Positions 16,328 to 24,571 of a DNA stretch of 24,865 nt are shown one piece after another (within the stretch, counting starts at the first letter, position 1; the number at the start of each line of letters is the position of its first letter). The stretch is taken from the IMG/VR virus record IMGVR_UViG_3300028405_000018, positions 1 to 24,865 of that record. One strand, 5' to 3'. Source of the DNA: a virus (Duplodnaviria; Caudoviricetes). The notes below the pieces were generated by a model. That model was not told the DNA's origin and did not search any database. It saw nothing but the letters and a program-made list of their open reading frames with translations. Position numbers and translations under genes: made by a program.

Positions 16328-16447
16328 CTAATCGTTTAAATTGGCCTCTTCACATTGTGTTGAGCAAAAGTCTCTCTCGCACTCTTCACCGCAATAGTGG
16401 CATTTGTTTTCTAGGTTTAAATCCTCCTCAGGGTTTTGCCATCCCAT
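16328..16447 (-). CDS. Small Zn-finger protein (39 aa)
   Basis: Not in track; MGWQNPEEDLNLENKCHYCGEECERDFCSTQCEEANLND (CxxC...FCSxxC); fills the gap. Confidence 0.65.
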   Translation of the reverse strand: MGWQNPEEDLNLENKCHYCGEECERDFCSTQCEEANLND

Positions 16448-16449
16448 AA

Positions 16450-16686
16450 TTAAATTATTACATTTTTACAATATTGGTCTGGGTATAATCCTATAAATTC
16501 TAAAACTTTTGACTTTTTGTAATCTGTCATTTGCTTATCCCCTGTTTTCCATCCGTTAACTATTGTAACGGTAGAGCCAAGAACATAAATACAAAAGTGT
16601 GTGAAAGTCAAATGAGGCTCATTTACTTTGATCTTATAAGTTTCAAAGATCAAATCCACATCTATAATCTGTTTTATTTTCTTCAT
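16450..16686 (-). CDS. Hypothetical protein, possible XRE/Cro-like HTH
   Basis: 78 aa; 'LTFTHFCIYVLGSTVTIVNGWKTGDKQM' spacing resembles an HTH. Confidence 0.5.
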   Translation of the reverse strand: MKKIKQIIDVDLIFETYKIKVNEPHLTFTHFCIYVLGSTVTIVNGWKTGDKQMTDYKKSKVLEFIGLYPDQYCKNVII

Positions 16687-16687
16687 G

Positions 16688-16936
16688 TTATTGTTTTTTG
16701 TAGTTGTTGTTTAAGAATTCTAATGTTTGCTCATAACTAATATTATTTTCTTCCATAAATTCCGTAAATGATGCAGGTACTTTTATACTTTGTGTTACTA
16801 CGCTATCTAAGGCATTTAGGTCTAGAGGTAGGCGTGTTTCAATTACATATTCATATTCAAAATTTCCATCAGATATTTTATATTGATTTTGTAATTCTAT
16901 TCTCTTAATTACGATTTCTCTTGTTTTTGTTTTCAT
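16688..16936 (-). CDS. Hypothetical protein
   Basis: 82 aa, coupled to neighbours. Confidence 0.6.
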   Translation of the reverse strand: MKTKTREIVIKRIELQNQYKISDGNFEYEYVIETRLPLDLNALDSVVTQSIKVPASFTEFMEENNISYEQTLEFLNNNYKKQ

Positions 16937-17145
16937 GATAAAAGCATTTGAACGTTAGTTTTAAATTCCTCATAACTTATTTTAGAATCAAAAGTCATTT
17001 CATCTATTGATTCTGAGTTTTCGCAATACTTTCTCTTTTTAGTTGGAAGGTATTCCTGAGATGAATTAGGAAAGTTTACCTCCATTTTTAACCAACCCTC
17101 CAAAAGGCTAAATAAGTAATACTCTTTTCTTATTTGTAATTCCAT
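16933..17145 (-). CDS. Hypothetical protein
   Basis: 70 aa, coupled to neighbours. Confidence 0.55.
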   Translation of the reverse strand: MELQIRKEYYLFSLLEGWLKMEVNFPNSSQEYLPTKKRKYCENSESIDEMTFDSKISYEEFKTNVQMLLS

Positions 17146-17148
17146 AGC

Positions 17149-17340
17149 TTATATATTTATAGTTGTGTTTTCGATTGTTATTGATTTGATTCCAGCATGA
17201 TAGAAGATTTGTCTCAGCTCCTTAAGTGTTATGCTATTAGGGTCTGCCTTAAGCTTGTTTTCTAGGTTAATTGATTCTGCGTCTACGTTGGTTTCTAGTC
17301 CTAGTAGTAATACGCTTTGTAATTCTTTGATGAAGTTCAT
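17149..17340 (-). CDS. Hypothetical protein
   Basis: 63 aa in early operon. Confidence 0.55.
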   Translation of the reverse strand: MNFIKELQSVLLLGLETNVDAESINLENKLKADPNSITLKELRQIFYHAGIKSITIENTTINI

Positions 17341-17352
17341 GGTTTTATTTTT

Positions 17353-17541
17353 TTATTTCCAGTGTGTTACTTTCCAATTAATATTTGGCATATCAAAATG
17401 AAATCTTTTTTTAGTTATAAAATAAGTGCAATAAGATTCTTTTGTTTCTCCATCGCAATCGATCAAAACCTGATATTTCTTTTCTTTTTCAGGCTTTGTA
17501 TTTATGCTTTTATTCCAGTTTTTAAAGTCTATTTTTTTCAT
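17353..17541 (-). CDS. Hypothetical protein (DUF551-like)
   Basis: 'WNKSINTKPE...VLI...VTHWK' pattern. Confidence 0.6.
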   Translation of the reverse strand: MKKIDFKNWNKSINTKPEKEKKYQVLIDCDGETKESYCTYFITKKRFHFDMPNINWKVTHWK

Positions 17542-17729
17542 CTTACAAGGCTATCACTACCTACATAGCTAGGTCTACTGTGCATTTCTATATCGCACAT
17601 TGTTTGATTAAAAACTATATAATCATTTTTAGAAAAGTTTTCCATTACAAATAAATGATATTTATTTTTAGTAGTGTTTGTTTTGTTTGCACATTTCTTA
17701 GCTAGTTGGTTTATTGTAAGATTTTTCAT
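17538..17729 (-). CDS. Hypothetical protein, first gene of early operon
   Basis: 63 aa directly after the promoter repeat. Confidence 0.6.
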   Translation of the reverse strand: MKNLTINQLAKKCANKTNTTKNKYHLFVMENFSKNDYIVFNQTMCDIEMHSRPSYVGSDSLVR

Positions 17730-17751
17730 AGTTTTTGTTTTTAATTATATA

Positions 17752-17795
17752 CAAATATACAACTAACAAATGGATAAATGAACAAATATTTAAAC
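17752..17795 (-). promoter_or_regulatory. Early promoter (repeat copy 2)
   Basis: TTTG...TATATTTG; follows a terminator and precedes the small-gene operon. Confidence 0.75.
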
Positions 17796-17818
17796 TAATA
17801 CTGTTAAAGTTTAGGCAT

Positions 17819-17850
17819 AAAAAAACCCCTCAACTAATGACAGAGGGGTT
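17819..17850 (-). terminator. Intrinsic terminator after lysis cassette
   Basis: AACCCCTC-N11-GAGGGGTT-TTTTT. Confidence 0.85.
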
Positions 17851-17871
17851 AAAACTAAAACTATGAAAACA
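17819..17871 (-). ncRNA. Candidate antisense sRNA against early-gene translation starts
   Basis: UUUUCAUAGUUUUAGUUUU immediately 5' of the terminator, complementary to AAAACUAAAACUAUGAAA start regions. Confidence 0.55.
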
Positions 17872-17884
17872 CTAATATAACACT

Positions 17885-18307
17885 TTATCTGAATCTAAGC
17901 AGTAAAATAATAACTAAAACTAAAGAAATAATTGTAAGCCACATCCAAAGAGGGGTTTTATAACGTACCAAATCAACCGTCTTAAATTTATCTTTAAACT
18001 GAGTCCTGTAAATGGTATCGGTTTTACTTTGACTCATTCCTGTAAGCAATCTCAAATCTAATTGATTGTTCTTAAGCTTTACACTTGCAGAATTAAGTCC
18101 AGAAGATTCAAAGGTTTTAATTTCTTTTACATTCCCAAGGCTATCACATTCTATTGAAAAGGTATATTTTGTTTCTATGGGTTTACTTACATACTCAAAC
18201 GACTTACTTATAAGCGTGTCGCTTGTTTGCGTGCGTTCTGCGGTCGTTTCTTTTGATTTGCACCCGAAAAGTAATACAATTAGTAAAAACGTCTTATATC
18301 TTACCAT
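17885..18307 (-). CDS. Unimolecular-spanin-like lipoprotein
   Basis: Lipobox LLFG-C, beta-rich middle, C-terminal TM 'WMWLTIISLVLVIILLL' + RFR; follows endolysin. Confidence 0.7.
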   Translation of the reverse strand: MVRYKTFLLIVLLFGCKSKETTAERTQTSDTLISKSFEYVSKPIETKYTFSIECDSLGNVKEIKTFESSGLNSASVKLKNNQLDLRLLTGMSQSKTDTIYRTQFKDKFKTVDLVRYKTPLWMWLTIISLVLVIILLLRFR

Positions 18308-18711
18308 CTGGCTTTTGTTTTTCTAATGTCATAATGAACAAAAGTAGGATAAACCCCTAGCCCTCCTTGAAGCATATCTCCAGAACTTATAAGTTGCTCA
18401 ATCTTAGCAGCTACATACTTAGGTTTTAAACCTTGCGCGGTAATGTCAGCAGCTTTGCCTAAAGTGTGTTGTGATGTTCCGTCTCTTCCTTTTGATACTT
18501 CGTAGAAAACGGGTCTATAAGCTATATTAATAATGACTGGTACACCTACTTCGTTTCTTAATGCTTGCAGTTGATTGGCTAGTTTTTGAATGTTATGCTG
18601 AATGCTGTTAGTTTCATTATATAACATAATCACTTTGGCTTGTGTTTCCTTATCAAACCATTTTGAGTATAAAAATTCACTTAAATTAAAATTCTTTGTT
18701 AGCTGTTTCAT
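18301..18711 (-). CDS. Endolysin, peptidase M15 family
   Basis: 'LTKNFNLSEF...YR...SQHTLGKAADI...GLGVYPTFVHYDIR' (H-x6-D...H zinc ligands). Confidence 0.9.
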   Translation of the reverse strand: MKQLTKNFNLSEFLYSKWFDKETQAKVIMLYNETNSIQHNIQKLANQLQALRNEVGVPVIINIAYRPVFYEVSKGRDGTSQHTLGKAADITAQGLKPKYVAAKIEQLISSGDMLQGGLGVYPTFVHYDIRKTKARW

Positions 18712-18995
18712 TGTCTATATTTTTTTAGCTCATTTAAAAGTTGTCTATTTTCAGTTCTTAAACCAAAAACCTCGCCTTCTAAATGTTCAATTTTCTTTGT
18801 TTGCTCGTCTATTTTTTCTGTCATCGTAATAATGAAGGCGTTGTTTTGCCTAGCCATAAGCTCATAAGCCTTGCCGATTTCAAAGTTAGCGTTTGAGTCT
18901 CTAGCCTTTTTACCTGTAAAAAAAGCAGCTATCCCACCAATGGCTCCTGTTATTGCAGTTATTATAACGCCTAGGTTTTCACTAAATATACTCAT
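18708..18995 (-). CDS. Holin-like protein (N-terminal TM + coiled coil)
   Basis: One hydrophobic helix then heptad repeat; overlaps endolysin start. Confidence 0.55.
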   Translation of the reverse strand: MSIFSENLGVIITAITGAIGGIAAFFTGKKARDSNANFEIGKAYELMARQNNAFIITMTEKIDEQTKKIEHLEGEVFGLRTENRQLLNELKKYRQ

Positions 18996-19010
18996 TAAAT
19001 TGTTTATTTG

Positions 19011-19277
19011 TTAAAATAATAATCCGCCTAAATATACTCCCAAGCAAATTGCAACTCCACTCACAAAAATATCCCACTTATTTATAATGCCTTGGTATCT
19101 TTCCCACGCATAGCCAATTACAAAAGCTGGGCATATAAATAAAATAGCCTTATCTAGTGCATCTAAATTTCTAAAGCCTATCCAAACCCATGACAAGGCT
19201 AAAGAAGCTAGGAATCCTGCTGTTATCCCTACAATGGCGTGAAGGTGATGGCGTGTTCTTTTTAAGTAGTTTTTCAT
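19011..19277 (-). CDS. Small three-TM membrane protein (possible holin)
   Basis: 88 aa, three hydrophobic segments, lysis-cassette position. Confidence 0.55.
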   Translation of the reverse strand: MKNYLKRTRHHLHAIVGITAGFLASLALSWVWIGFRNLDALDKAILFICPAFVIGYAWERYQGIINKWDIFVSGVAICLGVYLGGLLF

Positions 19278-19289
19278 ATTCTTTATTTA

Positions 19290-21023
19290 TTAAGCAAAGA
19301 CTCCAATGTTAGGGGGGTTTGTTTGTTCTTTTGTTACTATAATAGGAACTACAGTAATGCTTCCAAAATTTGCCGTATCAATTCCTAGTGTTTCGAATAC
19401 TGCAATTCCTGCACCAATGCAAGGGCTTAAAGCTTGTAAACTATAATCATTATTTGCGCTATCTGTAAATAATGGATCAGTTGTTAATTCGTTATTTTCT
19501 ATGAGTGTACCTTCACTTGTTCTATCAGTATCTGCATTAAAGGATAAACAATTATTCATTGTAAGGGTTGCAGATTGTTGAAGAAATACACGAATAGCTG
19601 TGTCTATAAATACATTGTTATTAATTGTTACGTTTTGTTGAGTCAAAATACCTCTTCCGTTAACATTCCCATCTATTACATTATTATCAATAATATTAGA
19701 TAGTGATGTATCTTCTACTACAATGGCAAATTTTGAATCTGGAATATTAATAAATTCGTTGTGATTTAAAATTAAATTACCAGACGCATTTGTAATAATT
19801 TGATCTGCAAAAGCATTTGCACAATTTATTCTACTCCTCTGTATGTCTACAATATCGCCATCTATTATTGTTATATTTCCAGAAACAGTCCTTAAATCAA
19901 TATTGCAATTTCTAACCTTAAGAGGACTTGATGATCTTACTTGATAATCACTAATAACTATGTAACTATTTGAAACATCTAAAGAGCCATCAAATTCGCT
20001 AAGGTCTTGTATAATAACGTTATCAGCTTTTATAAATCCTTCGGTAGTTATTTTTACATCTTGATAAATTCCAGCATTCATTTCAATTTCAGATCCACCA
20101 GAAGCTAGTAAAACTAGTCCTGTGTTATTTGAATTAATAGTGCATTTACAACTTCTTGCGGTTGTTGCATTTGTGGAAAATACATCAGCAGTAACATTGT
20201 CTGAAAAATCAACTAAACCATTAATTGTAAATTTTGAATCTTCAATATGATTAATAGCTGCTTGTCCGTTTCTTTTTGATTCAAATGTTCCATTAATAGT
20301 AACTAGTGCGTCAAGGTGGCCGCTCATTCCTTCATCCTCATTATCATTTGAAACTATAACACCATTATAAGTAACATTTGAACCAGACCAATGTTGCACG
20401 CCTTGGTTGCTCGAGTTGTTAAGTGTTGCGCTGTTTACTGTTGAAATACTATCTTCAAAATATATGTTTTGTACTGTGGCATTATTAATAATTGGATTGT
20501 TTAAAATGCAATCAAAACCATTTATATTCATTCCTGTAGCTATTCCAGTAGCGTCTATTTCGCCAGAGCCAGCCTCATCGTTAAAAGAAATCGTTCCGTT
20601 AAAACCAACATTAAAATTTTCTGTATGCGTGCCAGAAACAACCAAAGTGTTTCCTTCACATTTTGCATTGTCTACATTGTTAAAACCACTCCAGGCATTC
20701 GCATAAGAATCCCCAGAACTATCTCCATAAGTTGTTCCTGCTGGTCTAACGTATAATTTATTTAAACTTGAATTACTTAATTCAGCTTCATTTCCAGCCT
20801 CATCAACTGAAGATATTTTAAATTCATCTTCAGTTCCTACGTCAACATTGTCAATAGTTACAACACCTGATGTAACACTTACCTTAGCATCATTAATAGC
20901 ACTACCTAAAGTAGCTATTGGTGAAGCATAGTTATCAGCAGAACCATATATTTTATATGTTAATTCATTATCAGGAGTAACTAAATCACCTCCGTTTAAA
21001 TTTGCTATTATTTTTAATACCAT
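19290..21023 (-). CDS. Virion spike/fibre: Fn3-like N-terminus + parallel beta-helix (possible polysaccharide-binding/depolymerase)
   Basis: 577 aa, Asn/Ile-rich repeats; 'SSVDEAGNE', 'LYVRPAG...GDSYANAW', C-terminal 'DPLFTD...DYSLQALSPCIGAG...PNIG'. Confidence 0.75.
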   Translation of the reverse strand: MVLKIIANLNGGDLVTPDNELTYKIYGSADNYASPIATLGSAINDAKVSVTSGVVTIDNVDVGTEDEFKISSVDEAGNEAELSNSSLNKLYVRPAGTTYGDSSGDSYANAWSGFNNVDNAKCEGNTLVVSGTHTENFNVGFNGTISFNDEAGSGEIDATGIATGMNINGFDCILNNPIINNATVQNIYFEDSISTVNSATLNNSSNQGVQHWSGSNVTYNGVIVSNDNEDEGMSGHLDALVTINGTFESKRNGQAAINHIEDSKFTINGLVDFSDNVTADVFSTNATTARSCKCTINSNNTGLVLLASGGSEIEMNAGIYQDVKITTEGFIKADNVIIQDLSEFDGSLDVSNSYIVISDYQVRSSSPLKVRNCNIDLRTVSGNITIIDGDIVDIQRSRINCANAFADQIITNASGNLILNHNEFINIPDSKFAIVVEDTSLSNIIDNNVIDGNVNGRGILTQQNVTINNNVFIDTAIRVFLQQSATLTMNNCLSFNADTDRTSEGTLIENNELTTDPLFTDSANNDYSLQALSPCIGAGIAVFETLGIDTANFGSITVVPIIVTKEQTNPPNIGVFA

Positions 21024-21038
21024 ATTATTTATTTTTTT

Positions 21039-21266
21039 TTAAGTTAATTCTACAATTTCAATAGACATTTTTGCTGGTGGTGTAATATCTTCGGTTAATT
21101 CCACGCTTTCAATAGACATTTTTGCTGGTGGTGTAAAATCACCACCACCACCAAGCAAGGTATCGCCTGAAAATGATTTATCGTAAATGCTACCCCATCC
21201 AATATCATTATTAGCACCCTGACCCCATCCAATGTTATTATTTACTCCTTTTCCCCAGTCACTCAT
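21039..21266 (-). CDS. Small WG-repeat structural protein with duplicated C-terminal TPPAKMSIE motif
   Basis: 75 aa; three WG repeats, Gly linker, two 17-aa repeats. Confidence 0.7.
   Translation of the reverse strand: MSDWGKGVNNNIGWGQGANNDIGWGSIYDKSFSGDTLLGGGGDFTPPAKMSIESVELTEDITPPAKMSIEIVELT
21056..21136. repeat. Direct repeat, 30 bp exact, 51-bp period
   Basis: tttcaatagacatttttgctggtggtgtaa at 21056-21085 and 21107-21136. Confidence 0.9.
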
Positions 21267-21271
21267 AATTA

Positions 21272-21799
21272 TTATATTTGCATACCACCAAAGTAGCTAT
21301 CTCTACTTGGGTATCGGTCGTTATTTTTGTTAGTATTATATTCAGGATAAGTGTCTTGATTATAAGGCATAAACTCTATAAATTGATTTGTGTAATACTG
21401 TGCCAAATTCCTATACTTATTAATTAGATAATCTAAATCCTCTTTGCTTGCAAGTTCTGCTGTTTCGCTTGTATGCCTAAGCACACCTTTGTTTGTTATC
21501 TCAAACGCTCCTACGCCAATGTATTCCACCATTGCCCAGTAGATAGTCATATCCTTAACAAACTTGTCTAGTAGTATCTTTTCGGGGTCTGTGTTGTTAC
21601 CAGAAAAAGTACCGTTTTGACTTCCGTTGTTAGTTACATATAATTCTAGTCTTTGAAAAAGTTTTGTACCTAAATAGTTTTGAATGTGTATCTGTTGAGC
21701 TATTTTAACAAACTGTAAGAACTTGTCAGGGTCTACTGAACCACTTACAATGCTGTTAGCCTTTATATCGTTTTGTGTTACAAATAGTGTGATTGCCAT
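21272..21799 (-). CDS. Head-tail adaptor/connector
   Basis: 175 aa directly after portal; 'VDPDKF...IAQQIHIQNYLGTKL...ITNKGV'. Confidence 0.65.
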   Translation of the reverse strand: MAITLFVTQNDIKANSIVSGSVDPDKFLQFVKIAQQIHIQNYLGTKLFQRLELYVTNNGSQNGTFSGNNTDPEKILLDKFVKDMTIYWAMVEYIGVGAFEITNKGVLRHTSETAELASKEDLDYLINKYRNLAQYYTNQFIEFMPYNQDTYPEYNTNKNNDRYPSRDSYFGGMQI

Positions 21800-21801
21800 A
21801 A

Positions 21802-23574
21802 TTATCTTTTATATCCGTTGTTAGGCATGTCTTTTGGCTTCATAGCGACCTCTTTAGGGTTTCGGACTCTGTACCCTTCTCTTTCTGCTTTGCCTGTGCT
21901 TATGCGTGGTGCTAGTGGACTCTTAACGTCTATGCTTCCCTTTTTTTTAAAAGTTAGTCTCATAAATTTATGATTGCAATTTGGGCCGCCTTTGTATTTC
22001 CAAATACTATAAGTTGATGCACCATTAACTCCAAAGCCGGGATTAACAGCTTGCCCTTTCATAGCTTTAAGATCCTCCTTTCTGTAAATCTTATTTGCAC
22101 TTACCATTTTTTTACAAAACTCTCTACTATTTGCAGTTGTGGTTTCAGGCGAATACTTATATCTTACCTTGAAATTAATACCATCAATCGTTTCATCTTG
22201 TCCGCTTTTTAAGTTTGGTCTCGCTGTGCCTGTGCTTACTAGATTTATTGCCTTTTGTAGAGTGGTTGTGCTTTTATAGTTGGCTTCTTCTAGTAGCTCA
22301 TCCATTTCATCCTCTGTCTCTTCGTCTACTTCTCGCTCGTCTACCAACTCCCAGTCATCGCCAACCTCTTCGCCTAATTCTTTAAGTTGCTCAAAGGCTT
22401 TGTTTAAATCCTCATCGGTTGGCTCTTGCTTTGACATTTCTACACCAGTCTGCTTTTCTTCTTCGTCATCTGAAAGTGGCTCATCAACTTGCATGAAGTC
22501 TAAAGGCTGGATAGTCTTAAAGTATAAGTCTAAAGAAGTAGGGCATATCTCTTTTATAATGTCAATTAGTTGATTTTGGTAAACTCGAATAACTATATTT
22601 TCAAAAAGTAAAGTTGCATTCTTAATCTCGTCTGCATTGTTGCCTAATCCGCTCTGTCCATCTCGAATACCTAATAGCATCGGAGACGTTACAGAATGCC
22701 CTACAATCAATTTATTGAAGCATTCCTTAGATAAGTATTCGTAATGAGCTGGGGCATCGTTGAGAGGTATGCTGTCTATTGTTGCCTTGTGGTCTTTGTC
22801 ATCATTAAATACAACTACAAACTTTTTACCCTTGCTCCCTGTTAGTTTTTTAGTTGATTCGTCAGCTACATCTCTACGCTTTTCTTGATCTTCTGGTACT
22901 CCGTTATTAAAGTTTAGAAGTGTCGTAGGACTAAACCCATTTTGTGCATCGTTAATTAGATAGTCTGCGATTTCTTCTTCTAGTAAAGCATAGGGTAAAC
23001 TTGCTATGTATTCTGGCGGCTGGAAGTATTCAAAACCCGAAACGTAACCTTGCCAAATATATATCTCAGGTTCGTTTCCGTTTCCTTCTCCAAATGCTGC
23101 TATTGGCTCAGCTTCGTCTGATTTCTTTTTGTTTTTCCAATCGTTAAAATATAACCAAGTTTTAATTTTTCCAAACTTGTCTTTTTTCGTTGGTCTTAAC
23201 GTTTGCATCGGAAAGTATTCAGTTCCTACAACTTTTCCCTTTTTGTATAGGACTTGAATTGCAGCCATGCCCAACGCCTTACGGTCATAGATTATTTTTC
23301 GTAAATCACTAGGTCTAAAATAAGTCATTATCTTAATCCATTCCGAAGTTCTGTTTTCTGCATCTGTAGCCGCTAAACCTTTACCATAAATAAGATTTGA
23401 TATACCTTTTATGATAGCTCCATTAGTTGAGCTTCCTGTAATACGTTCAATTAAGTAGTTGAAATAGTCGTTGTTGTCTCCGTATTCTACGTAATTATCG
23501 TTTTTAACCTCAGTAATGGATGGACTTGTATAGCTAGACAAGTTAACTATATGCGTATTTTTCTCATTTATCAT
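21802..23574 (-). CDS. Portal protein with acidic linker and C-terminal Cys/His (MuF-like) domain
   Basis: 590 aa; 'YGDNNDY', 'NGFSP', 'KLTGSKG', 'GHSVTSPMLLGI' portal pattern; C-terminal 'SREFCKKM...YKGGPNCNHKF'. Confidence 0.85.
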   Translation of the reverse strand: MINEKNTHIVNLSSYTSPSITEVKNDNYVEYGDNNDYFNYLIERITGSSTNGAIIKGISNLIYGKGLAATDAENRTSEWIKIMTYFRPSDLRKIIYDRKALGMAAIQVLYKKGKVVGTEYFPMQTLRPTKKDKFGKIKTWLYFNDWKNKKKSDEAEPIAAFGEGNGNEPEIYIWQGYVSGFEYFQPPEYIASLPYALLEEEIADYLINDAQNGFSPTTLLNFNNGVPEDQEKRRDVADESTKKLTGSKGKKFVVVFNDDKDHKATIDSIPLNDAPAHYEYLSKECFNKLIVGHSVTSPMLLGIRDGQSGLGNNADEIKNATLLFENIVIRVYQNQLIDIIKEICPTSLDLYFKTIQPLDFMQVDEPLSDDEEEKQTGVEMSKQEPTDEDLNKAFEQLKELGEEVGDDWELVDEREVDEETEDEMDELLEEANYKSTTTLQKAINLVSTGTARPNLKSGQDETIDGINFKVRYKYSPETTTANSREFCKKMVSANKIYRKEDLKAMKGQAVNPGFGVNGASTYSIWKYKGGPNCNHKFMRLTFKKKGSIDVKSPLAPRISTGKAEREGYRVRNPKEVAMKPKDMPNNGYKR

Positions 23575-23888
23575 AATGTGATGTATTCATTATCGGAATT
23601 AATACGGTTTCCCTTGTTATAACTGTCCGAATCCGTACAATATGCGGTGTTTCTGTACACTAAATCGCTAGTATTTTGCTTAAAAACCTCAATTATATAC
23701 GTGTTTTCGTTGGTAAAATTAAACCCTTCTGTGTCTTCTATCTGATAATAGTATAATTCCTGCGTTAAAGCTTTGGTTTTATCGTAGGTTAAAGCCTTTA
23801 ACGTCTCATTTGTCACCTTAATGTCGTATAAACCGCTGACATTCTGGGTGAATATGCTTAACAATGTGGTGTTTTCAGTTACTTTCAT
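23571..23888 (-). CDS. Hypothetical structural protein (start revised to 23888)
   Basis: The track start at 23948 lies inside a terminator; ATG 23888 follows the late-promoter-like motif; stop overlaps portal ATG. Confidence 0.65.
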   Translation of the reverse strand: MKVTENTTLLSIFTQNVSGLYDIKVTNETLKALTYDKTKALTQELYYYQIEDTEGFNFTNENTYIIEVFKQNTSDLVYRNTAYCTDSDSYNKGNRINSDNEYITL

Positions 23889-23922
23889 ATCTATTATACT
23901 TTGATTCCTTACTATTTGTAAC
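23886..23922 (-). promoter_or_regulatory. Candidate phage late promoter
   Basis: GTTACAAA-N11-CAAAGTATA-N6-ATG just after a terminator. Confidence 0.5.
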
Positions 23923-23931
23923 ATAATTAAC

Positions 23932-23961
23932 AAAAAAAAGCCTATCAATTAAGACAGGCTT
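23932..23961 (-). terminator. Intrinsic terminator after major tail gene
   Basis: AAGCCTGTC-TTAATT-GATAGGC-T8. Confidence 0.8.
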
Positions 23962-23983
23962 CCCTTTTTTAGTCTAAATCTAA

Positions 23984-24529
23984 TTAAGTTCCTACAACTA
24001 TTGTAGTTTGCGTGTCGTCTCCTATAATAGTAGGGTCTACTAAGTAGCTCAATTCTCTTTCCTGTGCTGTAATCGTTAAGTTATAGCCTGAAAGTTCTCC
24101 CATTGCTGAGCCTGTAACCTGATTTACAGATACAGTACAACCGTTTTCAATTCCTACAAGCAAGAAGTTACCGTTATAGTCCTCCACAAAGACGTGAGGT
24201 CTCCCAAAGCTTGCTAGTTGCAATTCATCTCTAGTTGTAGCACCAATCTGTTTTAAGATAGCTGTAAAAGTAGAGGTCACAAATGAAGTTCCCGTTTCTT
24301 CCGAATTTTCGTTAGCATCCTCTAGGTTATGTCCTGAGCTTCTAAGCTCATATTTATACAAATCTAAAGGTGTAGCTGGACTTGTCAAAAGTGAGGTAAC
24401 TAATCCATCAGTTTTTTCAAATTGCTTGTAAATTAGAGGTTCAAAGTTGACGAAGTAAAAGGCTTTAACACCTCCAACGCCTGTTTTACAAGGTGTATCT
24501 AATCTACCTTTTGTAATATCACATGCCAT
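23984..24529 (-). CDS. Major tail (tube) protein
   Basis: 181 aa; 'MACDITKGR...CKTGVGG...TGSAMGELSGYNLTITAQE'; follows capsid. Confidence 0.75.
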   Translation of the reverse strand: MACDITKGRLDTPCKTGVGGVKAFYFVNFEPLIYKQFEKTDGLVTSLLTSPATPLDLYKYELRSSGHNLEDANENSEETGTSFVTSTFTAILKQIGATTRDELQLASFGRPHVFVEDYNGNFLLVGIENGCTVSVNQVTGSAMGELSGYNLTITAQERELSYLVDPTIIGDDTQTTIVVGT

Positions 24530-24544
24530 ATTTATTTTGTATTA

Positions 24545-24569
24545 TAAAGGGAGCTATTAACTCCCTTTA
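24545..24569 (-). terminator. Hairpin after capsid gene (weak terminator or processing/stability site)
   Basis: TAAAGGGAGTT-AAT-AGCTCCCTTTA; poor U-tract. Confidence 0.5.
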
Positions 24570-24571
24570 GA

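Noticed and set aside
16784-16800. CAAAGTATA match resembling the late promoter
   Set aside because: Inside an early gene, wrong spacing to the upstream element and no ATG 6 nt downstream.
21056-21136. DGR template/variable repeat pair
   Set aside because: Short in-frame tandem duplication without adenine-specific differences; no reverse transcriptase in the window.
589-22573. All plus-strand ORFs in the track
   Set aside because: Antisense shadows of well-supported minus-strand genes, with F/L/S-rich composition and no motifs.
23889-23948. N-terminal extension of the 125-aa ORF
   Set aside because: Overlaps a terminator hairpin and the late-promoter-like motif.
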